Below, one piece after another: positions 9,008-19,208 of a stretch of 64,000 nt of DNA. The position numbers and the translations under genes were made by a program. The stretch is taken from contig JBCCRM010000021.1 of NCBI GenBank assembly GCA_039513195.1, positions 1,476-65,475 on the forward strand. The letters run 5' to 3'. Below the pieces are notes generated by a model. The model was given only the letters and a program-made list of their open reading frames with translations. It ran no database searches and was not told the origin of the DNA. The stretch's first letter is position 1; each line of letters starts with the position of its first letter. This DNA comes from Pseudomonadota bacterium (GTDB lineage: Bacteria; Pseudomonadota; Alphaproteobacteria; Rhodobacterales; Rhodobacteraceae).

Positions 9008-9867
9008 AGTCCCTCTTGCCGGTGACGACCGTCGTCGCGGCCATCTTGGCTCTGTGGTATCTGGGAGCGGTTTTTCTCAACACGCCCTGGGAGCGGGATC
9101 AGGCGGCTCGGGCCGGGATCGACGTGACGACATTGCAGATCGCCGCCGGCACCATGGCGCAGGATAGGCCGGTGCTGCCGGCTCCCCATCAGGTGGCCGT
9201 AGAGATCTGGGAGACCACCGTCGAGAAGCGCATTACCTCGAAGCGGAGCCTGATCTATCACGGCTGGATAACGCTTTCCGCCACCCTGCTCGGCTTTGTG
9301 ATGGGCACGCTTCTGGGCATCTTCCTCGCGGTTGGGATCGTCCACAACCGCGCCATGGACCTCTCGGTAATGCCCTGGGTGGTGGCGAGCCAGACGATCC
9401 CGATCCTCGCCATTGCCCCGATGATCATCGTGGTGCTAAACGCGATCGGCCTCAGCGGACTGTTGCCGAAGGCGCTGATCTCGACCTATCTCTCCTTTTT
9501 CCCAGTGGCCGTCGGGATGGTCAAAGGCTTCCGGAGTCCCGGGACGCAGCAGCGCGACCTGATGGCGACGTTCAACGCCTCGCCATGGCAGACTTTCTGG
9601 AAGCTGCGCTGGCCGTCATCGATGCCGTTTCTCTTCGCGTCAATGAAGATTGCCATCGCCATCAGCATGGTCGGTGCCATCGTAGGCGAGTTGCCGACCG
9701 GCGCGGTTGCTGGGCTCGGCGCCCGGTTGCTCGCCGGCAGCTACTACGGGCAGACCATCCAGATCTGGAGCGCCCTGATCGCGGCTGCGCTGCTCGCCGC
9801 CCTGCTGGTCGCCCTGGTAGGGCTGGCGCAGCGCCTGGTCCTCGGCGCCATGGGCATGCGGGCTTGA
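9004..9867 (+). CDS. ABC transporter permease
   Basis: In frame with ORF 8944..9867. GTG at 9004 starts VKSLLPVTTVVAAILALWYL. BPD-type permease with an EAA-like loop. Confidence 0.85.
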   Translation: MKSLLPVTTVVAAILALWYLGAVFLNTPWERDQAARAGIDVTTLQIAAGTMAQDRPVLPAPHQVAVEIWETTVEKRITSKRSLIYHGWITLSATLLGFVMGTLLGIFLAVGIVHNRAMDLSVMPWVVASQTIPILAIAPMIIVVLNAIGLSGLLPKALISTYLSFFPVAVGMVKGFRSPGTQQRDLMATFNASPWQTFWKLRWPSSMPFLFASMKIAIAISMVGAIVGELPTGAVAGLGARLLAGSYYGQTIQIWSALIAAALLAALLVALVGLAQRLVLGAMGMRA

Positions 9868-10997
9868 CGGCCCTATTCCGGGCCGCACCGCTCTTGGCCG
9901 TTGGCGCTGCTCTGTGCCTTCTGGCGGTGGTGCTGGGCCCTTTCTACGGTGGTCGGGCGCCCGGCAGCGTCGAGGTTCCCGTCTCCCTGGGGATTGCGGC
10001 CCTGGTCAGGCGGCTAGGGTTCGACGGATTTGGGCCTCTGCTCATCGGCGTAGGCGTCTTTGGCGGCCTAGCGCAGTGCTTTAACTTGGCGATCGGGGAG
10101 AATGCCATCGGCGGGCCGCAGATCTGGCTGACGCTGTTCGGGCTCTGGCTTTCGGCGTGGGGCGCCGTCGCCTGGGCGTCGAGTGGCAACAATCGAATGC
10201 GCGGAAAAGAGGCACCAGAAAGCACTGCAAGGCTCCGTCGCTTCCTCTCGTTGCTGATCCCAGTCTTTTTCGGTTTCACGCTGCTGGCCCTGTGGGAGCT
10301 TGGCACCCGTGGCCTCGGTGTCTCGCCGGTGCTGCTGCCATCGCCCTCTGCGATCTGGGCGCGGATCCTGGCCTCGCCCGAGATCTTGTGGGCCGACTTC
10401 CTGCAGACCTTCGTAAAGGGCGCGCTGACCGGCTATGCTATCGGTTGCGGCGCCGGCGTCTTGACCGCCATCGCTATCGACCGCTCGCCCTTCCTGCAGC
10501 GGGGACTGCTGCCGGTTGGCAATCTGGCCGCCGCCTTGCCGATAATCGGCATCGCCCCAATCATGGTCATGTGGTTCGGCTTCGACTGGCCGTCGAAGGC
10601 CGCCGTTGTCGCAGTGATGTGCTTCTTTCCGATGTTGGTCAACACGGTGGAGGGGTTGCGCGCCGCCGATCGCCTGAGCCTCGATCTGATGCGCACGTAT
10701 GGCGCAGGCTATGGCCAGACCTTGGCGAAACTGCGCCTGCCAGCGGCGGCCCCCTTCCTGTTCAACGGGCTCAAGATCTGCTCGACCCTGGCCCTAATCG
10801 GCGCCATCGTAGCGGAGTTCTTCGGCACACCCATCGTGGGCATGGGTTTTCGCATATCGACCGAGGTTGGGCGCATGAACCTGGATATGGTGTGGGCCGA
10901 GATTGCGATGGCGGCCCTGGTAGGGTCGGCCTTCTATGGGGTGGTGACGCTGTTGGAGCGGCTTATCACGTTTTGGCATCCATCCGTCAGGAGATAA
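9864..10997 (+). CDS. ABC transporter permease with extra N-terminal membrane segment
   Basis: In frame with ORF 9585..10997. TTG at 9864 overlaps the previous stop. The N-terminal ~130 aa are hydrophobic and are followed by a normal permease core. Confidence 0.8.
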   Translation: MTALFRAAPLLAVGAALCLLAVVLGPFYGGRAPGSVEVPVSLGIAALVRRLGFDGFGPLLIGVGVFGGLAQCFNLAIGENAIGGPQIWLTLFGLWLSAWGAVAWASSGNNRMRGKEAPESTARLRRFLSLLIPVFFGFTLLALWELGTRGLGVSPVLLPSPSAIWARILASPEILWADFLQTFVKGALTGYAIGCGAGVLTAIAIDRSPFLQRGLLPVGNLAAALPIIGIAPIMVMWFGFDWPSKAAVVAVMCFFPMLVNTVEGLRAADRLSLDLMRTYGAGYGQTLAKLRLPAAAPFLFNGLKICSTLALIGAIVAEFFGTPIVGMGFRISTEVGRMNLDMVWAEIAMAALVGSAFYGVVTLLERLITFWHPSVRR

Positions 10998-11025
10998 GAC
11001 GGGGGCCATCAACACGGAGAGAGGT

Positions 11026-12012
11026 ATGAAAACGATCTTTGCCACAGCTCTCGCGGCTGGCCTGGCCTTCGGCACGACGCTGGCCGGTGCGGCCGATAGG
11101 GTGGTGCTGCAGCTGAAATGGGTCACGCAGGCGCAATTCGCGGGCTATTACGTTGCGGCCGATAAGGGCTTCTATGCTGAGGAAGGTTTGGAAGTCGAGA
11201 TCAAGCCTGGCGGGCCCGATATCGCGCCTGCCCAGGTGCTAGCAGGCGGCGGCGCGGATGTGATCCTCGACTGGATGCCCTCCGCGCTCGCCACCCGTGA
11301 AAAGGGGCTGCCGGTGGTCAACATCGCGCAACCGTTCAAATCCTCCGGCATGATGCTGACCTGCCTAAAGGAGACCGGTATCGAAGCACCCGAGGATCTG
11401 CGCGACCGCACCCTCGGCGTCTGGTTTTTTGGGAACGAGTATCCGTTCCTGAGCTGGATGAGCCAGCTCGGTATACCGACGGACGGGTCCGAGGGCGGAG
11501 TCACGGTTCTGAAGCAGGGGTTCAATGTCGATCCGCTGTTGCAAAAGCAGGCCGACTGCATTTCGACCATGACCTATAACGAGTACTGGCAGGTCATCGA
11601 TGCTGGGATCGCCCCCGACGAATTGGTCACCTTCAAATACGAGGATCAGGGTGTCGCAACGCTGGAGGATGGTATCTACGTGCTAGAGACGGCGCTTGAG
11701 GACCCAGCCTTTGTCGACAAAATGGTGCGTTTTGTCCGCGCCTCCATGAAAGGGTGGAAATACGCTGAGGAGAACCCAGACGAGGCCGCTGAGATCGTGC
11801 TCGACAATGACGCGACCGGTGCCCAGACCGATGAGCACCAAAAGCGGATGATGGGTGAGATTGCGAAACTCACCGCTGGCTCGAACGGCGCGCTGGACCC
11901 GGCAGACTACGAGCGGACCGTCGAGACCTTGATGAAGGGAGGCTCCGACCCCGTAATCACCGCGGCGCCGGAGGGTGCGTGGACCCATCTGATCACCGAC
12001 AAAGCGCTCTGA
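11026..12012 (+). CDS. ABC transporter substrate-binding protein (NMT1/THI5-like)
   Basis: Signal peptide MKTIFATALAAGLAFGTTLAGA. LQLKWVTQAQFAGYYVA motif is typical of NMT1/ThiY-like binding proteins. Confidence 0.85.
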   Translation: MKTIFATALAAGLAFGTTLAGAADRVVLQLKWVTQAQFAGYYVAADKGFYAEEGLEVEIKPGGPDIAPAQVLAGGGADVILDWMPSALATREKGLPVVNIAQPFKSSGMMLTCLKETGIEAPEDLRDRTLGVWFFGNEYPFLSWMSQLGIPTDGSEGGVTVLKQGFNVDPLLQKQADCISTMTYNEYWQVIDAGIAPDELVTFKYEDQGVATLEDGIYVLETALEDPAFVDKMVRFVRASMKGWKYAEENPDEAAEIVLDNDATGAQTDEHQKRMMGEIAKLTAGSNGALDPADYERTVETLMKGGSDPVITAAPEGAWTHLITDKAL

Positions 12013-12667
12013 CTGGCTTCGGAGCTTGGCCTACCTGGGCATTGATAATGGCGCGGCTGCTCGTGGAGTGGCCACGCCTACTGCCTGATTTCCCGATAAA
12101 GTGCCCGCAATGTTTGCATGATTAAGTTGGTGCTCAATTTTTGCCTAAAAAGCCAATTTTTGTAAAATCTCCTACTAACCTTGCGCAACTCTTTAATTTA
12201 CTAGGTTTGTTTGTCTACAATCAGGCTCTCTGTGGCGACGATGGTCTCGCTCTCGTTGCGATGCCATGCCGCTCGGTCGCTATCCTACTTCGTTCGCAGC
12301 CGGCAGGTCGAAAAGCCAGACCAGGCATCGCCGCCTGCCTCTGACGAACTGCGGGAGTTTTCTATACCTTGGGTAGAACGAGAGAAGTTGGAGGCCGCGT
12401 CAAGCATGCTCGGGATTTCGATATAGTCATCGCGCCGCTGCCGACCGGGCTTTGCGATGTCGAGATCGTCTCGCCCGAGGCACAGAGGATGCGATTTCCT
12501 GGGCTCTCCACGGGTGCAGTGTGCCGGATCGGCGACCGGAAACACCGCGCACGGATGCGTCACGCGGCAATTTCAGGCTGGCGCGTGGGAAAGCGCCGCC
12601 CCGACGGCTCTGATGCCAGATTGCAGGGATCTCGCCCTTCCGACGTGTAACGGCCGGCAGGCGGTCC

Positions 12668-12919
12668 TCACTCCGATCGATTTGCGGGGAGCTGTGTCGC
12701 AGCCGGGTCCAACTGATGCGACGCTCGAACGGGCGCCAGCCTCGATTCTGGTCGGGTGGCCTCTCCGATGATTGTTAAGATCTGCTCTGCCAGCGGGATC
12801 TTGGTTTGCCAGCCACGCATCTCGCCCTCATTCGTGGCTAAGATCGCTAGCGGTCCGGGATGTTGCGGGTCGCCTTCGCAAATGGCGACGGCGATACGGC
12901 GAACGAGCGGATCAGTCAT
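12668..12919 (-). CDS. small hypothetical protein
   Basis: 83 aa. GAGGGG Shine-Dalgarno-like site upstream. N-terminus MTDPLVRRIAVAICEGD resembles small prophage-associated orphans of alphaproteobacteria (memory only). Confidence 0.3.
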   Translation of the reverse strand: MTDPLVRRIAVAICEGDPQHPGPLAILATNEGEMRGWQTKIPLAEQILTIIGEATRPESRLAPVRASHQLDPAATQLPANRSE

Positions 12920-13162
12920 GTCACCCCTCTGACACGAGTTACTGTGCCTAGACTAGGGGCAGCCGCCAGGGGCCGCAAAGCCAAAGTCGGTCGACTGCGC
13001 GTCTTTGGCTCCTCGGCGGTGCTGTATGAAATCTCAAAATGTCCCATTTTGGTAAAAAGAAACAAAAATTCTCGCTTTTTATCAATAAATCATTAACTAA
13101 ATTCTCATTCAAGTGTCTCTTGCAAAACAATCCTACAATATCCTGCGAGAGGGAAGACAAGA

Positions 13163-13642
13163 ATGACATGGAATGTGGACGTTCAATTTAAGCGCAGCTC
13201 TATTCATGGCACTGGAGTTTACGCCAATCAACTCATACCTGCTGGAACTAAGGTATGGACATTCGATAAATCAATGAATGTCTGTGAATGTGATGATTTA
13301 TCGGCGCTCTCTATTGAGAAGCTACAATTCGCATTGCACGGTGGATATTTTCACCAGCCATCTGGAAAGTTTATATGGTATGAAGATGGTATGCAATACG
13401 TGAATCATGCTGATACTCCTAGTGCGAATATTGGCATTCGTGAGTGGACAGCGCTTCAGGATGACAATTGTACGGCGCTCCGCGATATCGCTCCGGGAGA
13501 GGAATTGCTGGAGGACTACAGCTTCTGGTCGATCTTCAGCCTGGATCAGGATCACTGGCTCCGGTTGATTTACGAGGAGTTTTGCCCTGGGCACTATGCC
13601 TTCCTGCAGGACCTGCATTTCCAGACGAGGAAAGCCGCCTGA
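13163..13642 (+). CDS. SET domain-containing protein (putative protein-lysine methyltransferase)
   Basis: 159 aa. SSIHGTGVYA (GxG region), YVNHADTPSAN (NH motif) and GEELLEDYSFW (ELxxDY). GGGAAGA Shine-Dalgarno site. The gene is clearly AT-rich relative to its flanks. Confidence 0.75.
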   Translation: MTWNVDVQFKRSSIHGTGVYANQLIPAGTKVWTFDKSMNVCECDDLSALSIEKLQFALHGGYFHQPSGKFIWYEDGMQYVNHADTPSANIGIREWTALQDDNCTALRDIAPGEELLEDYSFWSIFSLDQDHWLRLIYEEFCPGHYAFLQDLHFQTRKAA

Positions 13643-13661
13643 CGACGGTCGGAGACTTTGC

Positions 13662-13699
13662 GGGCGGGAGCATGGCTATGCATTGGCCATGACCCGCCC
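13662..13699 (+). terminator. interrupted GC hairpin downstream of the SET gene
   Basis: GGGCGGG-AG-CATGGC-tatgcatt-GCCATG-A-CCCGCCC. No clear T tract follows it. Confidence 0.4.
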
Positions 13700-13823
13700 G
13701 GCCAAAACGGAGCACGCGCGCTTGTCGCGGCGCAGTGAGATCCGACGGGCGTCGTTAATACTCTGTTAACCTTCTCCGCCATACTTAACGAAACTTAAAG
13801 GTAGCGGCCTGGGGTGGGGCGTG

Positions 13824-15530
13824 ATGGAGCGTGCGACGCTTCTTTTGAGGAGAAACGCGCCGACCAAGGTGTCCCAGTTGGTCGCGGTCGTTCTTTTGGC
13901 GGCGGTGCTGGCAGCCGTGCTATCTGTTGTCACATCGACACTGTGGATATCACGTCAGCATAACGATCTCGCGGCAGAAAAGCTGCAGATCATGGTTCAG
14001 GGCGCGGCTGCGACGCTGGAAGAAAACATCCGCACGACGACGACCGACTACGCCTACTGGACCGAGGCGTTCAATGCTATCCGCGCCGGCGATATCGATT
14101 GGGTCTATGGAAACATTGGGACCGGGGCGGCGGAGACCGGGACCACAGATCTGATGATCATCGTAGAGCCAGGCGGTACGCGCAACTACGGTTGGGGTTA
14201 CGGCATGAATGCCGATCCTGCGCGGGACCTGCTGCCGAAGGCGATTCTGGAGCGGGGGCTCTCACTGCTCGATGGCGTCTCGACGACCTCCACCGAGGCG
14301 CGAAGTGGTTTCGTCTATCACGGTGAGCGTCTTGTCCTTCTCGGCGTCGCGCGCGTGTTGCCCTTCAAAGCCGAGCGAGCCTACCCGGACGTCGAGATCC
14401 CGCGTTTGATCTTTGCAAACTATGTCGACACATCGACGCTGCAGGGGATCAGCGATGCTTTCCTGCTGACCGATCTGAAATTGGTCGACGGCCTGCCCGA
14501 TCCTGCCGCCTCGGTCGAGCTGCAAACACTGTTTGGCGAACCGGCCTTTCTCTCTTGGGATCTGCCGAGCCCTGGCGACCGGATCATCGAGCGGTTTGCG
14601 TTGAGCCTGGGCATCGTTATCGCCGTAATGGCGCTGATCGGCATCGTGACGTCGGTCCATGTGATACTGTCGGCGCGTCGCCTCGAGCGTGCCCTGGGGC
14701 TCGCCAATGCGGCGGACAAGGCGAAAACGGAGTTTCTTGCCAATATCAGCCATGAGTTGCGGACGCCGATGAACGGCGTGATCGGTGTGGCTCAGATCTT
14801 GCGGACGACAAATCTTTCGCCGGAGCAGGTTGAGTTATTGAATGTCATGCACACCTCAGCCAATGCGCAGATGGATATCATTGCAGATCTGCTGGATTAC
14901 AGCCGGATCGAAGCGGGCCGGCTCCGGCTGAACACGGTCTGTTTCGACCCAGGCCAGGTGATCCGTCAGGTGGGGGCGTTGATATTGCCGGAAGCGCGGA
15001 AGAAAGGCATCGACTTGCGCGTCCAAGTGCCGGAGACCTCTGGCGACGTACTGGGCGATCCCCAACGCTACCAGCAAGTGGTCAGCAACTTGGTCGGAAA
15101 TGCAGTGAAGTTCACGGAGTCCGGCCATGTCGAAATCCGCCTTCGCCACGACACCAGCGGCAAGAGGGCGCGCGTCGTGCTTGAGGTCGAGGATACTGGT
15201 CCCGGGATCGATCCCGTCGAGCATTCCCGGATCTTCGAGCGGTTTACACAAGTCGACGGCACGATGACCCGGGCAGCATCGGGTGTAGGCCTCGGTCTGG
15301 CGATCACCCACTCGCTCGTCGAATTGATGGGTGGCAGTGTGTGGGTCCACAGCGCGATGGGGGCAGGGGCAAAGTTCGTTGTCGATATCGCCTTCGACAC
15401 GCCCGAGGTGGCCGGTGGCCGCCCCGCGCCTTTGGCGCCCGAACGCGAGGAGGCCGGCGTGCATCGCCTGGCGATGATGGCGTGGCTATTGGGAGACACG
15501 AAATGTCCGGAGCCGATCCAGAGATCCTGA
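13824..15530 (+). CDS. sensor histidine kinase with periplasmic CHASE4-like sensor
   Basis: H-box ANISHELRTPMNG; N, G1 and G2 boxes (GNAVKFT, DTGPGI, GVGLGL). Two transmembrane helices flank a ~230 aa sensor containing DYAYWTEAF. Confidence 0.85.
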   Translation: MERATLLLRRNAPTKVSQLVAVVLLAAVLAAVLSVVTSTLWISRQHNDLAAEKLQIMVQGAAATLEENIRTTTTDYAYWTEAFNAIRAGDIDWVYGNIGTGAAETGTTDLMIIVEPGGTRNYGWGYGMNADPARDLLPKAILERGLSLLDGVSTTSTEARSGFVYHGERLVLLGVARVLPFKAERAYPDVEIPRLIFANYVDTSTLQGISDAFLLTDLKLVDGLPDPAASVELQTLFGEPAFLSWDLPSPGDRIIERFALSLGIVIAVMALIGIVTSVHVILSARRLERALGLANAADKAKTEFLANISHELRTPMNGVIGVAQILRTTNLSPEQVELLNVMHTSANAQMDIIADLLDYSRIEAGRLRLNTVCFDPGQVIRQVGALILPEARKKGIDLRVQVPETSGDVLGDPQRYQQVVSNLVGNAVKFTESGHVEIRLRHDTSGKRARVVLEVEDTGPGIDPVEHSRIFERFTQVDGTMTRAASGVGLGLAITHSLVELMGGSVWVHSAMGAGAKFVVDIAFDTPEVAGGRPAPLAPEREEAGVHRLAMMAWLLGDTKCPEPIQRS

Positions 15531-15928
15531 TCGTCGATGACGACAGTTTGAACCTATTCGTCTCGGAGACGATGCTGCGCCGAGCAGGCTACAAAACCGC
15601 GCGTGCCACCAACGGCCAGGAGGCTGTCGCCGCCGTCGCCTCGGCGAGGCCCGCGATGATCATCATGGACCTCAGCATGCCACTGATGGATGGCATCGAG
15701 GCGGCGGAGGAAATCCACCGCATGACCAATGCCGGGCAAAGCCGTATCCCGATCGTGGCGCTGACTGCCAATGTAACCAACCGCCATGCCTATGCCTGCG
15801 CAGCCTCTGGTTTCGAAGGGTTTCTAACCAAGCCTGTGCGGATGGAAGACCTGTTGTCTCTGGTCGGTCGTTTTGTCGACGCCGACCAGGCCGAGGCAGA
15901 GACCGCCGCGGTCGCCGCAGACTTCTAA
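15503..15928 (+). CDS. single-domain response regulator (receiver only)
   Basis: ATG at 15503 after GGGAGA, overlapping the kinase 3' end by 28 nt. ILIVDDD, MDLSMPLMDG and LTKP receiver motifs. No output domain. Confidence 0.85.
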   Translation: MSGADPEILIVDDDSLNLFVSETMLRRAGYKTARATNGQEAVAAVASARPAMIIMDLSMPLMDGIEAAEEIHRMTNAGQSRIPIVALTANVTNRHAYACAASGFEGFLTKPVRMEDLLSLVGRFVDADQAEAETAAVAADF

Positions 15929-16036
15929 AGCAGGCCGCCGCACCTTACTGCCGTCTACTCCCACTCGCTCCCTTCACCTTTGATACCTGCGCAGTCTAGG
16001 ATTTCTCCTGTTGCTGTAGATCGGAGGGCGGGACAG

Positions 16037-17278
16037 ATGGACGTGATGGTGGTTGGGGGTGGCATCGGCGGCCTTACCCTCGCGCTGGCACTCGAGAGCC
16101 GCGGCCTTCGCGCGCAGATCTTCGAGCAGTCCCCGTCCTTGCGCGCCCTCGGGGTCGGCATCAATACGCTGCCCCATGCGATCCGCGCCTTAGCGGCCCT
16201 GGGGCTCTTGGAGTCGCTTGATCGGATCGGCCTTCGCACCAAGGAACTCATCTACAAGACCGCCCGGGGCCAGGAGATCTTGCGCCAGCCCCGCGGCTTG
16301 GCGGCGGGACATCGCGCACCGCAATTCTCGATCCACCGCGGCCGCTTGTTGGCGGTGCTTCATCAGGCTGTCATCGAGAGATTGGGCGATGGGCAGGTTC
16401 ACCTCGATCATCGTTTTGTCGGCGTGTTGGAGACCAATCGCGGTGTCGAGGCGCGGTTCGCTCGGGCCGACGGCAGCACCGTAAGCGCAGAAGCGGACAT
16501 CCTCGTGGGCGCCGATGGTATCCACTCTGCCGTACGCAGTCAGCGCCACCCCGACGAGGGGCCGCCTAGGTGGAACGGTGTCGTTATGTGGCGCGGCGCG
16601 ACCTGGTGGCCGCCGTTCCTCTCTGGCCAGTCGATGATCATCGCAGGGGGCATGGCGGCAAAGCTTGTTCTCTACCCCATTGCGACCGATCCCGAGCGGC
16701 CCGGCGAGGTCCTTATGAATTGGGTCGTTTGTGCGAAGACCGGCGAGGCGGGCGCGCCATTGCCCCATCGCGATGATTGGTCGAGCCTCGGTCGGGCCGA
16801 GGATGTCATGGCTCATGTCGATGGCGTTTTCACCCTGGACGAGGTGGATTTGCCCGCCTTGATCGGTGCAACCGAGGAGATCTTCCTATACCCGATGTGC
16901 GATCGGGAACCACTTCTGGCCTGGAGCATCGGGCGCACAACACTCCTGGGTGACGCTGCGCACCCGATGTACCCAGTTGGGTCTAACGGCGCCAGCCAGG
17001 CGATTCTCGACGCCGTGGCGCTTGCCGATGCATTGGCCGAGGAGGCCGATCCCCTGGCCGCGCTGGCCGCCTATGATCACGCCCGCCGCCCGCCGACAGC
17101 AGAGATAGTACGGGCGAACCGCGAGGGCGGACCGGAACGCGTCATAGACCTGGTCGAAGCGCGCGCTCCGAACGGGTTCACGTCGCTATCCGACGTGACC
17201 ACCCACGATGAATTGATCGCAATCGTCGGCGAGTACCAACGGATCGCCGGGTTCACGCCGGATCTGCCGGACGTCTGA
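16037..17278 (+). CDS. FAD-dependent monooxygenase (salicylate/3-hydroxybenzoate hydroxylase-like)
   Basis: VVGGGIGGLTLA dinucleotide fold and GDAAHPMYPVGSNGASQAILDA motif. ATG at 16037 after GGAGGG. Confidence 0.8.
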   Translation: MDVMVVGGGIGGLTLALALESRGLRAQIFEQSPSLRALGVGINTLPHAIRALAALGLLESLDRIGLRTKELIYKTARGQEILRQPRGLAAGHRAPQFSIHRGRLLAVLHQAVIERLGDGQVHLDHRFVGVLETNRGVEARFARADGSTVSAEADILVGADGIHSAVRSQRHPDEGPPRWNGVVMWRGATWWPPFLSGQSMIIAGGMAAKLVLYPIATDPERPGEVLMNWVVCAKTGEAGAPLPHRDDWSSLGRAEDVMAHVDGVFTLDEVDLPALIGATEEIFLYPMCDREPLLAWSIGRTTLLGDAAHPMYPVGSNGASQAILDAVALADALAEEADPLAALAAYDHARRPPTAEIVRANREGGPERVIDLVEARAPNGFTSLSDVTTHDELIAIVGEYQRIAGFTPDLPDV

Positions 17279-17283
17279 ATGGT

Positions 17284-17739
17284 TCAGGACGGAGGGGGCA
17301 GGAACTCGACTTCATGTTCGGCAGAAATCCGCACAACGTCAGCGGGGTCTGCAACATTGTGGATCGCGTTGAAGAGGTCGAACAGCCGCCGCGTCGGCGC
17401 CACGCCGAACATGCAGGTGGCCGTGGCCCCTGAACGGTTGAAGATCCCATGCGCGATCCCCATCGGCAGGCGGATCACATCGCCCGGCCCCGCGGCCAGC
17501 ACCTCTGCGCCGAACTCTACCTCAAGGCTGCCGGTCTGAACGGTGATCCATTCATCCTGGGTCGGGTGGATGTGAGGGGGCACGAAGCTCTCCGCCGGCA
17601 GGGTTGCGTGCCAGAGGAAAGTACGGTCGGAGACCAGCTTGGGCACATAGGTCTGACCTAGGATATGCCAGACGATACGGTCGTGACCCTCGGCAGTTGT
17701 GGTCACACCAGCGGTAAGTATCATCGTCGTCCCTCCCAT
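17284..17739 (-). CDS. cupin domain protein
   Basis: PHIHPTQDEWITVQTGSLEVEFG and GIAHGIFN cupin motifs. Confidence 0.75.
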   Translation of the reverse strand: MGGTTMILTAGVTTTAEGHDRIVWHILGQTYVPKLVSDRTFLWHATLPAESFVPPHIHPTQDEWITVQTGSLEVEFGAEVLAAGPGDVIRLPMGIAHGIFNRSGATATCMFGVAPTRRLFDLFNAIHNVADPADVVRISAEHEVEFLPPPS

Positions 17740-17751
17740 CCCAGTGGCGGG

Positions 17752-18455
<704 letters not shown>

Positions 18456-18459
<4 letters not shown>

Positions 18460-19208
18460 GCGGTCTCGGTGCCCAAATAGGCGCTGCGGGCGGCGGGGTC
18501 GGCGCGCACCTGATCGGGCGTGCCGGTGGCAATGATCCGCCCAGCATCGAGGACCGAGACCCGGTCTGCAAGCGCGAAGACCGCGTCCATGTCATGCTCG
18601 ACCAGCAGGATCGGGATGCGGGCCTTCACGCCCTGCAGCAACGCGGTGAGGGCTGCGCTTTCGCCATGGCCGGTCCCGGCCATAGGCTCGTCGAGGATCA
18701 GCGCCTTCGGGTCGGAGGCGAGCGCGACCGCCAGTTCCAGCGCCCGTTGCTCGCCGTGGGAAAGAGCGCCGGCCTTATCCGCGGCCCGGTCTACCAGGCC
18801 CGTGGCGGTCAACGCTTCGCGCCCCGGGGCGTTCAGCCGTTCCTCCCGCGCCGCCGGGCGAAAGAAGCGATAGCTGGACCCGGACCGCGCCTGCACCGCG
18901 AGGGCGACATTCTCCAGCACTGAAAAGCCTGGGATCAGGGACGTGATCTGGAAGCAGCGCGCGAGCCCCAGCCGGGCCCTCGCATGGGTCGGCAGCCCTG
19001 TGATCGGGCGCCCAGCCAAGCGGATTTCGCCCTCGTCGGGCGCGACTAGACCAGTGATCAGATTGATTAGCGTCGTCTTCCCCGCGCCGTTCGGACCGAT
19101 CAGGGCGTGACACTCGCCGGGCATCAGGGTCAGCGACACGCCATCCGTCACCGTGAGCGCCCCAAAGGCCTTGCGGAGCCGGACTGTCTGCAAAACCGGC
19201 TCAGCCAC
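18456..19208 (-). CDS. livG: branched-chain amino acid-type ABC transporter ATP-binding protein
   Basis: GPNGAGKTT Walker A, LSHGEQRALE signature, 4 nt overlap with livF. Confidence 0.85.

Noticed and set aside
12013-13820. Calling the AT-rich islet a mobile element.
   Set aside because: I could find no integrase, transposase, flanking tRNA, or direct or inverted terminal repeats. Only the compositional anomaly is supported, so it is reported as a finding and not as a mobile_element feature.
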